From Emiliania huxleyi CCMP1516 (lineage: Eukaryota), in NCBI RefSeq assembly GCF_000372725.1, contig NW_005202428.1, forward strand, positions 2,593,791-2,657,790: 64,000 nucleotides of DNA, in the 5' to 3' direction. A program made the position numbers and the translations under genes. The stretch's first letter is position 1. Every line of letters begins with the position of its first letter. The notes under the pieces were generated by a model. The model saw only the letters and a list, made by a program, of their open reading frames with translations, was not told where the DNA came from and ran no database searches. Shown piece by piece: positions 42,301-53,628 of this stretch.

Positions 42301-45300
42301 GGTGAGGGTGACGCCGCACGAGAAGGCGTCGCCCACGCGCCCGATGCGCGGGGTGGATGCGGACAGGGAGAGCGGCTTGCGCACGAGCTGCTCGGCCGTG
42401 CCGTGCCCAAACCCGTCGCCCTTGTCCGACACGGCGTACGCGCGCAGCTCAAAGGATCCCGTGTTGTCGGGCAGTGTCCACGGCACCGTCAGCTCGCCCG
42501 ACGGCCCGACGCGCAGCGACGGGCGAAAGAGCGGCGTCGTCACGAAGTTGGATCGTACATGCACACCGGGGCCGGTGGCCGGCGGCGGCCGCCCTGCCGA
42601 GCTGCGCGAGCTCCGCGCCATTGGCATGGCGTCGTCCATGGCCTCCATCGGCGCTGCTGCTGCGAAGGCCATCATCGGCGCCGCCTTGAGCATCATCTCC
42701 GGCGCACCACCGAGAAGGTTGTCGCCGAAGAAGCCGCCATCGATCCCGTGACGCAGGTCGTCGCCATACATGCCGCCGGAGCCCGATGGTAGCTGCGTCA
42801 GGGCGCCGACGTTGGCCGCGAGCACGTCGCTCGGGTCTCGCTCGAGGTCAGACAGCTGCCAGTCGTCGGAGGCGGATGCGCGTGCGCGCCAGCTCAGCCG
42901 CAGGAAGGGGTCCGCCTCGAGCAGCGAGAGGAGCCGGGCCGAGGCGTTGGCCAGGCCGGCGGCGGAGACGAGCTGCTCGTAGGAAGAGGTTGCGGCGTAG
43001 TCGCCTCCCATCACGTCCGGGGACAGCGCACCGCCGACGTCGACGGGAGGGTTCGGCCGCAGCTGGAGGAGGGCGCGGTCCACCGCGAGCAGAGCAACCT
43101 CGCCGGCGACGGGCGAGCCGCTCGCGTCGGCCAGCCGCACCGTCACTGCGCCGGCGGCGCCCGGCAGCTCCACGGGACGCGCCGCAGTCACGGAGACGGT
43201 GATGGCGTTGGCGGGGGACGGCACCGACGCCGCCAGGTCGAAGGAGGCGAGCATCGGCGCGCGCGGCTCGAGGAGGAGCGAGGTTGGCACGTCACCCGGG
43301 AGAGCAGCGCGGCTCGCGTTCGAGGCGGCGGCGAGGTGGAGAGAGATGCGGCAGCCGCCCACACACTCCTCGCCGAGCATGAGCTTGACGGCGCCGTCGC
43401 CGGGAGGAAGCGGCGGCGGCGTGATGTGTCGCCGGCTGAGCGTGTTTCCCCACGCGACGAGCACGGCGAGGGGCGAGCCGAGCGGGTTGTAGACGCGGAT
43501 CGACGCCGTCTCGCCCCGCGCGTACGTCTCTGCGTCGAGCGCGGGAGATAGCGCCCTCTCGAGGTAGTCGGAGCCGGCTGGCTTGCGGCGCCACTGGGGC
43601 CGCGAACGGCCCAGCACCACCGCAGAGCACACCCCGCCCTCCTCGCACGCGGCGAGTAGGAAGTGGCCCATCGAGGGCAGCTGCAGCGCGCACGCTTGCG
43701 CGGTGTCGGCGCGGCCCTCCGAGCTCGTGGTCAGACCGTTGCAGCCCGGCTGGTCGCGCAGCAAGTTGGCGCTCTCCGGTGGAAGAGCGGTCGGCCGGCC
43801 GTCGACGAGCCACTCGACGCCGTGGAAGAGATCGGCGGCCGAATCGAGCTCGGGCGAGGGGCGCGCGTCCAGCGTGGCGCTCCCGTCGGCCCGCGAGAGC
43901 TGGAAGAGCGCCAGAGCCACCGTCGCACCCGCGACCGGCTCGCCGCCGAGCGCCTCGTGGCGGCGCACCGTCAGGCGCGGCGTAAAGGGGACGGAGGGCA
44001 GCTCGGAGTGCGACGGCGGCTCGAGCCGGACTGTTCGCTCGCTCAGCGCGACGGGCACTGCCAGCGACCGGCTCACCACCTCGCGGGTCGGCCCGACCCA
44101 CTCGAAGGAGAGGTGGAGCGAGTCGCCGAGCTTGAGGGGCCGCGAGGCGTTTGGCGGAGGAGACCACTCTGCGGCGAGCGAGCCTACGAAAAAGGCTCCA
44201 AGAAGGTTTCTACAGCAGGTCCCTGCAGAGGAAGAGACGTTCCCGCGGCAGGAGTGCGCCGTCCCCGCCGGTGACCAGGACCTCCTCGCCGGAGGAGGGC
44301 AGCTCCTCACCCTCCTCACCCTCCGCCGCCTCGTCGCGCGGCAAAAGGCAGTAGGAGCACGTCGGCGGGGTCGGCCGTCCGTCGACTCTCCAGCGCAGCG
44401 TGACGCGGGCGCCGCCGAGCGGAACCCCCGAGAGAGTGCGAGTGGCGAGCGAGAGGGAGACGGACCCGCCCGGGGGCACGACACGCATCGCCCCCGCGGC
44501 GACGGAGGCGTCCATCGCGACGGTCGGCGGGCGCGGGTCTGCGACGGCGAGGGTGACGCTGTCCAGGAGGCGCCGGTTGTCGCCGGGAGCGAAGCCGGGG
44601 CCGCCGCGGCGCACGAAGGCGAGGAGAGAGACGCGGTGCTCGCCGTACTGCGCGCCGGTGGGCACGGCTGTCGAGAGGGAGAAGGAGCCGCTCGACGGCT
44701 CGTAGTCGACGTCGAGCAGCGTCTCGCCGCCGTCGCCCCACCGCGCCGAGATGCGGAGGCGCGGCGGCGTGGCTGGCGAGGCGAGCGTGCCTCGCTCCAC
44801 GAGCCGCACGTAGCCGTGCAAGTGGAGAGGGTCGCCAGCCTTGTAGACGGCTCTGTCCGAGAGGAGGACGCTGCGCAACGCCGCGGCGGGCGGCGCGGAC
44901 CTTCCGGAAAGCAGACACGCGTTGGACGAGTGCGTCAGAAGAGGGGAGGTGCCAACGGCGGGCGGAGGAGCGCCCTCGCGACGGCAGCGACGGGAGGAGG
45001 AGCGTCTCGCCCGACGGCGCCTCGACGAGCAGCGCGCGGCGGTTGCGGAGGGCGGCCCTCGGCGGCGGGAGCGCCGCGACGCCGGAGCCGTCGGTGGTGG
45101 CGGTGGCGGCGGTGCGGATGTCTGAGGGCGAGCACGCGTAGCAGCCCCAATCATAGAGCGTGGCAATGGCTCCGGCGAGCGGCTTGTTGGTCGCCGTGTC
45201 GATGGCCCACACCAGCGCCGCCCCGTCGGAGGAGAGGACGTGCGCTGCGGCGGCGCTCCCCGCGGAGACGAGCGACGCCTGACGAGCCATTCACAGCTGC

Positions 45301-47442
45301 TCATCGGAGCCCATCAGGCGGCACCTTGCCCGACGAGAGACGGGCGACGCCGACGCGCGGGAGATGGAAGACCGCTCGCGGAGCCGCGTGAGCACCTGCC
45401 GCGTGCCTACGGGAAGCTTCCTAGACGGCTCCTAGACGGCTCCTAGAAGAGCCGCGTGGGAAGCTGCCGCGTGCCCCGCCGCAGCGCGCCGCCGAGGGGA
45501 GCGGTGCGCGCCTCCGCCTCGCCGCTGCCGGGGAAGGGGAAGGAGGAGAGGGCGGTGCCACCGGCGAGCAGCGCGTCGACGGCGGCGCTCCTACGTTGCG
45601 CAGCCAGGCGAGCTAAGGGCGGGAGCGCGGTGTCGTGCGGTGTGATGTCGAGGCGTTGCATGAGTGCGAGGAGTGCGAGGGCGACAAATGACTGCGTGTC
45701 TTTAGCGTGTGTGTTCAGCATCTGGGGCCGCCGCTCCGCCGCTTGGCGTCGTCCGAGAGGCCGCCGGAGAGGGCGGCGAGGAGTGCCTGGAGGGAGGGGG
45801 GGAAGCCTCAGGTGAGCGAGACTGCATGGCATTGCTTGGGGTCGTTGCGAGAGCGGAAGAGACGAGGATGGAGGCCGAAGCGGCTCTGCTGGCGAAGGGG
45901 GGGGGGGGGGGGTTGGGGGGGGCCTGGTGCGACGAGGCGGGCACAGGCGCGAGCAGCGCAGACACGGCTTCGGCCTGGCCGCACTTCTTCTTGCCGTCGA
46001 GGCACGCCGGCCCGCCTTGCACGACGGCGGGCCAGTTGTCGGGCGGGTCGAGGCCGCCCGCCCCGGAGGCGAAGCGGAGGGGCCTCCCCTGCCCGTCGGG
46101 GAGGGTGAGCCCCGCGTCTGCTGCTGCGGTGTCAAAGGTCGTGTACGAGTGCTGCAGAGGCAGGCCGAAGGCGTCCCTCACCTAGAAGGTTCCGGGAAGG
46201 TTCTGGGAAGGTGCCGGGAAGGGTTGCAGGCCGAGGGCGTCCCTCACCCGGCCCGAGCCAGAGACGGAGAGAGTGTAGCGCGTGTCGGGGAGGAGGTCCG
46301 CCTCGAGTAGCGCGACAGCGCCGCCTGCTCGCAGCTGTGCGTGTGATGACACATCCCGCTCGCCGCCCGAGCAACGGCGGCGCGGCGCCTGGCCGCGAGA
46401 GCATGAGCGGGAGAGCAGCGCCCGTGCTGTTGAGCCGCAAGCTCATCTGAGCCGCGAGAGCGTCGATGGCCACCGACGCGGCGAGCCCGTGCCGCAGCAG
46501 CAGCCGCTGCCGCCGGGCCGACGGCCGCATCGCCCTCCACTCGTCTGCTGGCGGCTCGGTCTGCCGAAAGGGGATCGAAAAGGGCAGGAGGCCGCTGAAG
46601 CGCGCCTCGACGGCGCTGCCCAGCGGGCCGCACGAGGAGTGGTACCGCGTCCCCGCAGGAAGGAGGAGCCTGTGCACGGCGCCCACGCCGAGCGGCGCGC
46701 CTATCCCACCGCGCTGCACGGACGCGTCACGGACGTGTCTGCTGCCAGACTGCCAGCGCTTCCGCCGAGCAAGGTGCGCGCCCTGCAGCGAGAGGGAGGC
46801 GCAGCTGGCGCGTTCGGCGCGGCAGGCGGAGAGGGAGAGGGTGGTGCCGCTCGCGGGCGGGTCGAGCTGGAGCGCCGAGCCGATCGCGGACCGGTCGACG
46901 GCGTGCGAAAAGTGCAGCTCCACGCTCGCGTCTGGCGGCAGCTCGAGCGCGCCCGGCGCTGCCGGCAGCAGCCGCGGCGACCACGAGCCGTTGGTGGCGG
47001 CGGCTGCGGCGGCGGAGGAGACGTCGCCGGCGCGCATGGTGAGGCCCGGCGTGGTGAAGCGGCGAGGGAAGCCGTCGGCGGCGACGCGCAGGCCCTCGTA
47101 CGACGTGAGCCCTGGCTTGACGCCGACTGAGAGATGCAGGTCGGTCGGCCAGCGCTCGTCGGGGTCGAAGCGCGCGATCGAGGTGGTGACCCAGCGCACG
47201 GATCCGGCGACGGGCGGTGAGAGAAGGAACGGGTTTAGCGATTCGGGCAGCTGGCCCGGGCCCCAGTCCGACCCGAGCGCAATGACGGCATGCGTGAAGG
47301 TCATCGTCAGCGGCTGCACGCCCAAGAGTTTGACGGTTGGAGTGGTGGCGCCGACTGCCGCCGATGAGGCGGAGGGAGTGAACGCGGCGACGCGCATGCT
47401 TTCGGCGGGTGTGGCGAGAGCCACGATGGCGAGCATGTGCAT
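39382..47442 (-). CDS. Bacterial-type alpha-2-macroglobulin family protein with EGF-like domain and C-terminal TM helix, spliced
   Basis: Signal peptide; SDRAVYKAGDPLHLHGYVR, ALLAVDRALLQL, VRSNFVTTPLF, LPDNTGSFELRAYAV, PRIGRVGD, LPAGLEAVD, ETRPDRVTF, GSFVLPP; EGF CSERGRCHAGRCVCEPGFRGAAC; TM near the C-terminus. Confidence 0.88.
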
Positions 47443-47586
47443 GAGAGGCCTTTGATGTCGAGCGCCCTCAGGTCAGGACGCGTCTTGAGGGTGGCTCTGC
47501 GCCCGCTTTTTTCTTTCTTACTGGCGAACGTTTTCTTGCCCGAGAAAAGAAATTCGCCGAGGTGCGCGTGGCGTAAAACTCACGAG

Positions 47587-49035
47587 ATGTCTGCAGCGAA
47601 CCAGTCTGGTATGGAGCCTCCGCTCATGCTCACGGCGCTCCCCTCGGAACTCCTCACGCACGTGTGCCTTCTCGCAGCCTGCCCGTGCCGGCTCACGTCG
47701 ACCTCGTGCCTGCTCACCCTCGTGCGCGCCTCACGCACGTGTAAGCCGCTCCACGAGTGTGCAGATGCAGCCGCTCTTCAGCTGGCAGAGAGCCTTGGCT
47801 ACGACCTCGACAAGGGCGACCCGGATTGGGTGCGTCCGGACTGGTCGATGCTCGAGCGCCTCTACACGCTTTACCAGTCGGACAATGCGGCCAGGATGCC
47901 GACCGCGGTGCACGCCGAGGACGGCACTGCTGCGCTATCTGTGCTGCGAGAGCAGTTTGGACACTTCCACCCGATCCTCTGCCAGCAGCTCGTTCTGCCA
48001 GCGGACGCGTCTGATCAGCCTCGAAACGAAGACACCAAGCAGCTTCCTCCCGGAGCAGCCGAGTATGCGAACTTAGCCGCGCTGTACTGCTCAGCGGTGC
48101 CATCTCAAGGCGCGGAGCAAGGCGCCGATGACGAGGCACCTCCTGGGACACGGGAGATGCAAGAGTGGGTCGAGGCAGGATGGGCAGAGGGCTTCGACGC
48201 CGAGGGCCGCGCCCACTTTGGAGGCGAGCTCGCAGGCAAGTCCGGCGAGGACGCGTATATCGGGGCGACAGAGTTACTTGTCGCGCTCTTCCACAAGCGG
48301 TTCCGAGCGTGCATCGTCGAGATCGACAACGACCGCCCAGGCCACACCATCTTCAACGTCGCCAAGAAGGCCTTCTCCTTCGACGAGCCAGCGTGCCTCC
48401 CGATCTTCCTGCAAAAGGATGGGCACTCGTTTCTGATTGTTGGAGTCACTACATGCCTGACGGCCGCGGACACTGGCAAGCTCCTCGTTTGCGATCCAAA
48501 CAAGCCCGGTCGCGTCATTGCCATCGACCCCCAGCTCAAGCTGAAGGGGAGCAGACAATACCAGCTCCTCATCGTCTTGGGCCGGGAGCCGTTCCCGAAC
48601 ATCTCCCGGGAGGTGTGCCTCACCTTGAATCAGCAGGACGGTGCAGGGGATGACGGCACAGACCTGTATCCCGCCGGGGCGTGTGTCGGCAGGGGCATGC
48701 CGCAGTGGCGCTTCGGCCCTTTCCCATCTGGCCGCCGGACCTACCGTGATCTGACCCCGAGCATCATTTGGTTCGAGCGTGCGATGCGTTCGACGCCCGA
48801 CTGGTTCACTCCGACGGGTTTCCGGTGCGTGTACCGCATGGGCGGCGAGGACCAGTCGGAGTTCCCGTACCTCGTCATGGTGCAGCGCGGGAAGCGCAAT
48901 GTCAATCTGGGGCGGTTTCCCACCGCAGAGGCGGCGGCGCGTTTTTTCGCGCAATCGCCGGAGGGCCAAGCGCGGCTAGCGGCGCAGCACGAAGATGAGG
49001 TCCTGCCCAGCCTCGACACCCTTGCTCTTGGGTGA
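47587..49035 (+). CDS. F-box-like + peptidase C78 (ZUFSP/ZUP1-like, catalytic Cys absent) + AP2-like domain protein
   Basis: LTALPSELLTHV; MQEWVEAGWAEGFDAEG..YIGATE; PIFLQKDGHSFLIVG..LLVCDP; TGFRCVY..PYLVMVQRGKRNVNLGRFPTAEAAA..SPEG. Confidence 0.75.
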   Translation: MSAANQSGMEPPLMLTALPSELLTHVCLLAACPCRLTSTSCLLTLVRASRTCKPLHECADAAALQLAESLGYDLDKGDPDWVRPDWSMLERLYTLYQSDNAARMPTAVHAEDGTAALSVLREQFGHFHPILCQQLVLPADASDQPRNEDTKQLPPGAAEYANLAALYCSAVPSQGAEQGADDEAPPGTREMQEWVEAGWAEGFDAEGRAHFGGELAGKSGEDAYIGATELLVALFHKRFRACIVEIDNDRPGHTIFNVAKKAFSFDEPACLPIFLQKDGHSFLIVGVTTCLTAADTGKLLVCDPNKPGRVIAIDPQLKLKGSRQYQLLIVLGREPFPNISREVCLTLNQQDGAGDDGTDLYPAGACVGRGMPQWRFGPFPSGRRTYRDLTPSIIWFERAMRSTPDWFTPTGFRCVYRMGGEDQSEFPYLVMVQRGKRNVNLGRFPTAEAAARFFAQSPEGQARLAAQHEDEVLPSLDTLALG

Positions 49036-49275
49036 TGTTGAGGTGCGGGGGTCTGCACCAAGGCCCTAGCAGGCTCTCTACTCCGTACTACTGATGTGTT
49101 TTTTTCCAGCCTCCCGCGTCATTTGACGCAACGGAAAGAAGGATTTTGATGTGGTTCGCGAGCTCTCGCAAGAGAGTGAGCTCTACACAGTATCGTAAAG
49201 AAGTCAAAACTAAGGCAGAAAGGAGACACTGTGTGTGAGCTGTGATGTGTGAAAGCTCAGAAAAGTTCTCAGGTC

Positions 49276-52114
49276 TCAGGACGCACTCAACGTGCTCAGC
49301 GCGGCTGGTGCTGAGTGGTAGTACCCCTCCTCAACCAGCGTGATCATGCCTGTGAGCGCGCCCCAGTGGTAGAACTTTGTGCCCGAGCAGTCGCCGTGGT
49401 GGTCGTCCGCGGTCTTGTGCGGCGAGTAATTTTCGCAGATGTGGCGGTGCGCGCGCCACTGCGAGAGCATCAGCGCCGTCATCTGAGAGCACAGCGCCTT
49501 GCGGCCGGCGCGGACGGCGGGGACGTGGTCATACTGCTGCAGCGACCAGTACGTCAGCATCGCCATCGGCCCCCACACGTAGCCGCGCCAGTAGCCGAGC
49601 GGCGGGAAGGCGGGGTCCGAGCGCTGGATCGACGGCAGGCCCCAGTAGCAGTCGTCGTGGTTGCCCTGCATGTCGCCGTCCTTGGCGATGCAGAAGCGCT
49701 CGGGCGAGTGCAGCCACTGCTCCACCATCGCCGCCGCCTGCTCGTCGGTGGCGGCGCCGGCCATGAGCGCGTAAAAGGAGGTTGGCGAGATGCGCCGGTA
49801 GAAGGTGCCATTCCAGAACCGGTTGACGAAGATGCCCGACTCGGCGTCCCAGAGGTGCGCCTTGATGAGGGCGCGCTGCGCCGCGGCGCGAGCCGAAAGC
49901 GCCGCCACGTCGTCGGCGCGGCCGAGCAGCCTCGCCAGCTCGCTGAGGCTCTCCGCCTCCTGCACGAACATCGAGGCCATCCCGACGTCGTACAGCTCCA
50001 TCTGCCCGACCGCGAACGCGCCGTCGACCGCCACGGTCGCGTTGAAGAATGCGCCGTCGTACATCGGCGAGTTGTCGAGCCCGCTCTCGTACCGCGCGCC
50101 CTGCATCGCGTTGGCAGCCGCGTCCTTGAAGCCGTCGATGCGGTCCGAGCCGAGCGAGATGAGCCGCGCCTGTTCGCCAGTCCCGCCACGCTCAGAGCAG
50201 CCGGCCAGGCCCCGGCCCCCGCCAGCCCCGAGTGGGGCGTCGCACCGGCCCGAAAGCCCGCGAGGCGAGGAACCAGTCGCTCCACCTCTTGAGGTCGTCG
50301 AACAGCAGCTGCACCAGCCACGTGTCCGAGTACTTGCGGTGCAGCTCGAGCAGGACCTGGGTGCGGCACCGCGCGGCTGAAGAGACGGCGGCAGCGCGAT
50401 AGGACGGGCTCATGGGGCCGCGGGGCCTTTGCGCCGATCGGCGGCTCGGTGCGGTCGACGCTCTTCGACCCGCCGGCGGAGTAGTTTGGGACGAAGCCGC
50501 GAGACGTGCGGCTGCGCACCACCTGAGCGAGGGCTGGAGGGCGGTGTGGGAGAGAGGGGCGTGGCGGTGTCCGGCAGAGAGGGTGTGTGGCCGTGTCTGG
50601 GCGGCAGGGTGTGGCGAGGGCATGGCGGTGTCTTGGCGGGGCGGGGCGGGGACTGGGCGGGAGGCCCTCGGGGGGGTGGCCGCCTGGATGAAGTTTGAGT
50701 AGGCGACGTCCTTCGCCGCGGGGTCGAGCGAGGTCATGTAGGTTGCGAAGATGTTGTCCCAGTCGAAGATGACGTACGCCCAATCGTTGTTGGCCGCCTG
50801 CTTGACGAAGTTCCAGGAGCGAGAGACGGGCAGGAAGGGGCCGTACTCGGCGGGCGAGTAGACGTAGTTCCAGAACGTGGCCGCCTGCAGCCCCTCCTTG
50901 ACGGAGGAGAGAGCGCCGTACGCTGCGTACCGCCGCGACTCCCTGGCGAGGGACGCGGCGACCGACGCCCTCACGTCGCCGAGCGAGGGCGGAGCTAGGG
51001 GCGGGGCGGACGCGTTCCCCTCGCACAGCGCGACGGCACCCCGCCCCAGAGAGAGCGTGAGGTGCGGCGCAGCGCGCAGGGCCTCCGGCAGCAACGCGTC
51101 CGCCCTCGCAGAGTGGCGCGCCGTCGGCCGCACCTCCGTCGGCGGCATGCCGAGCGGCGAGAGGGTGACGAGGCCGCCGCCCGACGAGGGGTCGACGAGG
51201 ACGCTGCCTCGCCGGTACCACGCAAAGCGAGGCTGCACGACGAGCGCAAAGTCGGAGCAGTTTGCGGCGCTTTGCCCCGCGGCGCCGGCCGGCGAGGCAG
51301 TCTTGTCGCAGCCGAGAGGCTCGACGAGGAGGCGGAGAGGGCCGTCGCCTCCGAGGTAGGAGAGGGAGAGGTTGAGCCCCTTGTAGGCGACGTAGTACTG
51401 CCAGTAGCTCTGGTCGATGGCGAAGGGTCCGACCCGGATCGCCGCCGCCGTGTCCTCGATCCGCGTGCTCTCGAGGCACTCTCCAGTCGAGAGCTGGCAG
51501 ATGGCCGTGGTCAGCACGAAGCTCTGCGGAAGCCGGGCGACACTCAGCAGGTTGTACAGCCACAGATTCCAGCCGCTCTGAAGCGACCTCTGCAGAGAGC
51601 GCCGCTGCAGCTCCACCGCCGAAGAGCCCGGCGTCAGAAGGCGGGGCGGCACCGCAGAAAAGTTGGCCGGCGCGTCGGCGGCGAGCGGCGAAGCGAGTGA
51701 CGCCCAGCGCACCGACACGTCCGCCGGTGTGTCCCTGACCGGCTGCTCGGAAGAGGCGTAGATGTGGATCACGATGTGCTGCCTCGTGGCGGCGCTGTAC
51801 GAGAGCGGATTCTCCTTTGAGCCATCGATGGAGGAGTTTGTGTTGCCGAAGGGCGGGTCGGTGTGGCAGACGAGGTGGTCCTCGATCCAGACAAAGACGA
51901 TCTGGCCGCCCGCGATTCTGCACGAGAAGGCGTAGTACGAAGCGTTTGGAATATCAAGCGTGCCGGTGATCTCTGTGGAGCCTCCGGGCTGGATCGAAAA
52001 GTCGAGCGAGTCGATGGTCGACGTTTTTGGTGTGCCGTGGAGTGCACTGGTGGAATATGTGTCCACTTTGAGCGTGGCCGTGGAGGAGAGGAGGAGGGAA
52101 AGCATGATGGGCAT
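49276..52114 (-). CDS. Secreted GH63/MGH1-like (alpha/alpha)6 glycoside hydrolase, spliced
   Basis: Signal peptide MPIMLSLLLSS; IFDWDNIF, RTEPPIG, YESGLDNSPMYD, YWRGYVW, ICENY..FYHWGAL; possible PA14-like N-terminal domain. Confidence 0.82.
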
Positions 52115-52378
52115 TGGGGCGGCCTGCAGTGGCGTGCGAGTCAACAGGTGTGACGACTGTTTTCTTTTCCTGCTACTCCCTAGGGAGTATAGTGCCTTGT
52201 TTTTGTTAGTGCTTTGAGAGAGGCTTGTGATCTGTGATCTGTGAGGTTCCGCCCGCAGGCGCATTTTGTATACCGAGGCGGTGCCCGGTCCGAACCTGTT
52301 GGCCTTGAGACGCATTGCACATGTGCATGTGCATGTGGATAGATCCCTGGGCGAGGGTGGATCCCTGGGCGAGGGTGG

Positions 52379-52440
52379 AGAGAGAGATTTTTAGCAATAC
52401 CAAACAACTCAACACTCACACATCAGTTGGGGCCTGGAGC
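52379..52440 (-). repeat. Solo copy of the RLE-retrotransposon 3' tail
   Basis: Reverse complement GCTCCAGGCCCCAA..GTGTGAGTGTTGAGTTGTTTGGTATTGCTAAAAATCTCTCTCTC matches 20370-20430 and 20463-20530. Confidence 0.85.
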
Positions 52441-52484
52441 TTTGTTTGTGAGGGTGGTGGCTTGTGTAGTGTGAGAAGAATTAA

Positions 52485-53549
52485 GGTTCTCCGGGCCAGT
52501 TGGGGGGGGCAAACCCTGCCCGCCCCCTAGGACCCCAGGTAAGGCCCAGGTGTGGCCTACAGTTCCGGACGGGCATTAAGAACGCACAGGTTCTTCGCCC
52601 AGCCTCAGGTTCTTAGCTAAGTCGGCGGTCCGTCGGGGGCCGAGCCTCAGGTTCTTAACCGGGTGGATGGTTTTTTAAACCGTTTCGGCTTCGATTAAAA
52701 ATCAATAAATGGGTCTTAAAACAGTTTGGAACAGTAAGTTCGCGCATGGCGTGACAAGAGAGTCATTCGCTGCCGTGAGCTGCCCCTGCGGCTGCGGCCG
52801 CGGGGGCAGGGGCGCCGGCTGCAGGCGTTGGCCCAGCCTCAGGTTCTTAGGGAGTTCTTAGGGATCCGGCCGAAATATGAGCCTCAGGTTCTTAACGTTA
52901 GAGGTTCTTAATGCCCGTCCGGAACTGTAGGGCATCAGAAGGGATCAAGAGGAGTCCAGTCTGAGCCATAGAAACCATGTCTTTGCCCCCGAAGGTCGCG
53001 TTCAAATGCCCGGAACGGACGTCACAGTGGTGTCCGGCCGGCGCGATCACCGAGCTGTGACGCTCAGGGAAGCCGGTTGAGGTGCTGGTTTCTTTGGCCA
53101 GGCCTGGCCTACGGCCCGTGCTGGATCAGCTGAGCAAGGTTTGGGGAGAATCCCCCATTCAGATCTTCAGATATTTTGACGGATGACCGAAATCACCCCG
53201 TTTTTGCCCATTTTCGGTCATCCGTCAAAATATCTGAAGATCTGACCGGGGGATTCTCCCCAAACCTTGCTCAGCTGATCCAGCACGGGCCGTAGGCCAG
53301 CCCAGGGCAAAGAAACTAGTACCTCATCAGGCTTCCCTGAGCGTCACAGCTCGGTGATCGCGCCGGCCGGACACCACTGTGACGTCCGTTCCGGGCATTT
53401 GAACGCGACCTTCGGGGGCAAAGACATGGGCTCTATGGCTCAGACTGGACTCCTCTTGGTCCCTTCTGATGCCCTAGGCCATACCTGGGCCTTGCCTGGG
53501 GTTCTAGGGGCCGGGCAGGGTTTGCCCCCCCAAACTGGCCCGAGGGACC
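52485..53549. mobile_element. Fold-back (almost fully palindromic) non-autonomous DNA element with TTAA target duplication and GG..CC ends
   Basis: TTAA at 52481-52484 and 53550-53553; ~335-bp arms (excluding the nested MITE) meeting at a short loop near 53195-53212. Confidence 0.9.
52560..52927. mobile_element. Tc1/mariner-type MITE, 368 bp, nested in the fold-back element
   Basis: 24-bp TIR CAGTTCCGGACGGGCATTAAGAAC; TA duplicated; internal AGCCTCAGGTTCTTA repeated four times. Confidence 0.93.
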
Positions 53550-53628
53550 TTAAGATTAAGTGAAGAAATCCCGAAGCCGCGGTCTCGTGCCGTCGCGTTG
53601 TGGCACGTGGCCGCCCGCGCAACTCAAA

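Noticed and set aside
39203..45391. Long plus-strand ORFs (e.g. 39203-40987, 41026-42792, 43583-45391)
   Set aside because: Antisense shadows of the A2M gene caused by very high GC; Arg/Ala/Gly-rich with no motifs. The same applies to most overlapping ORFs in the track.
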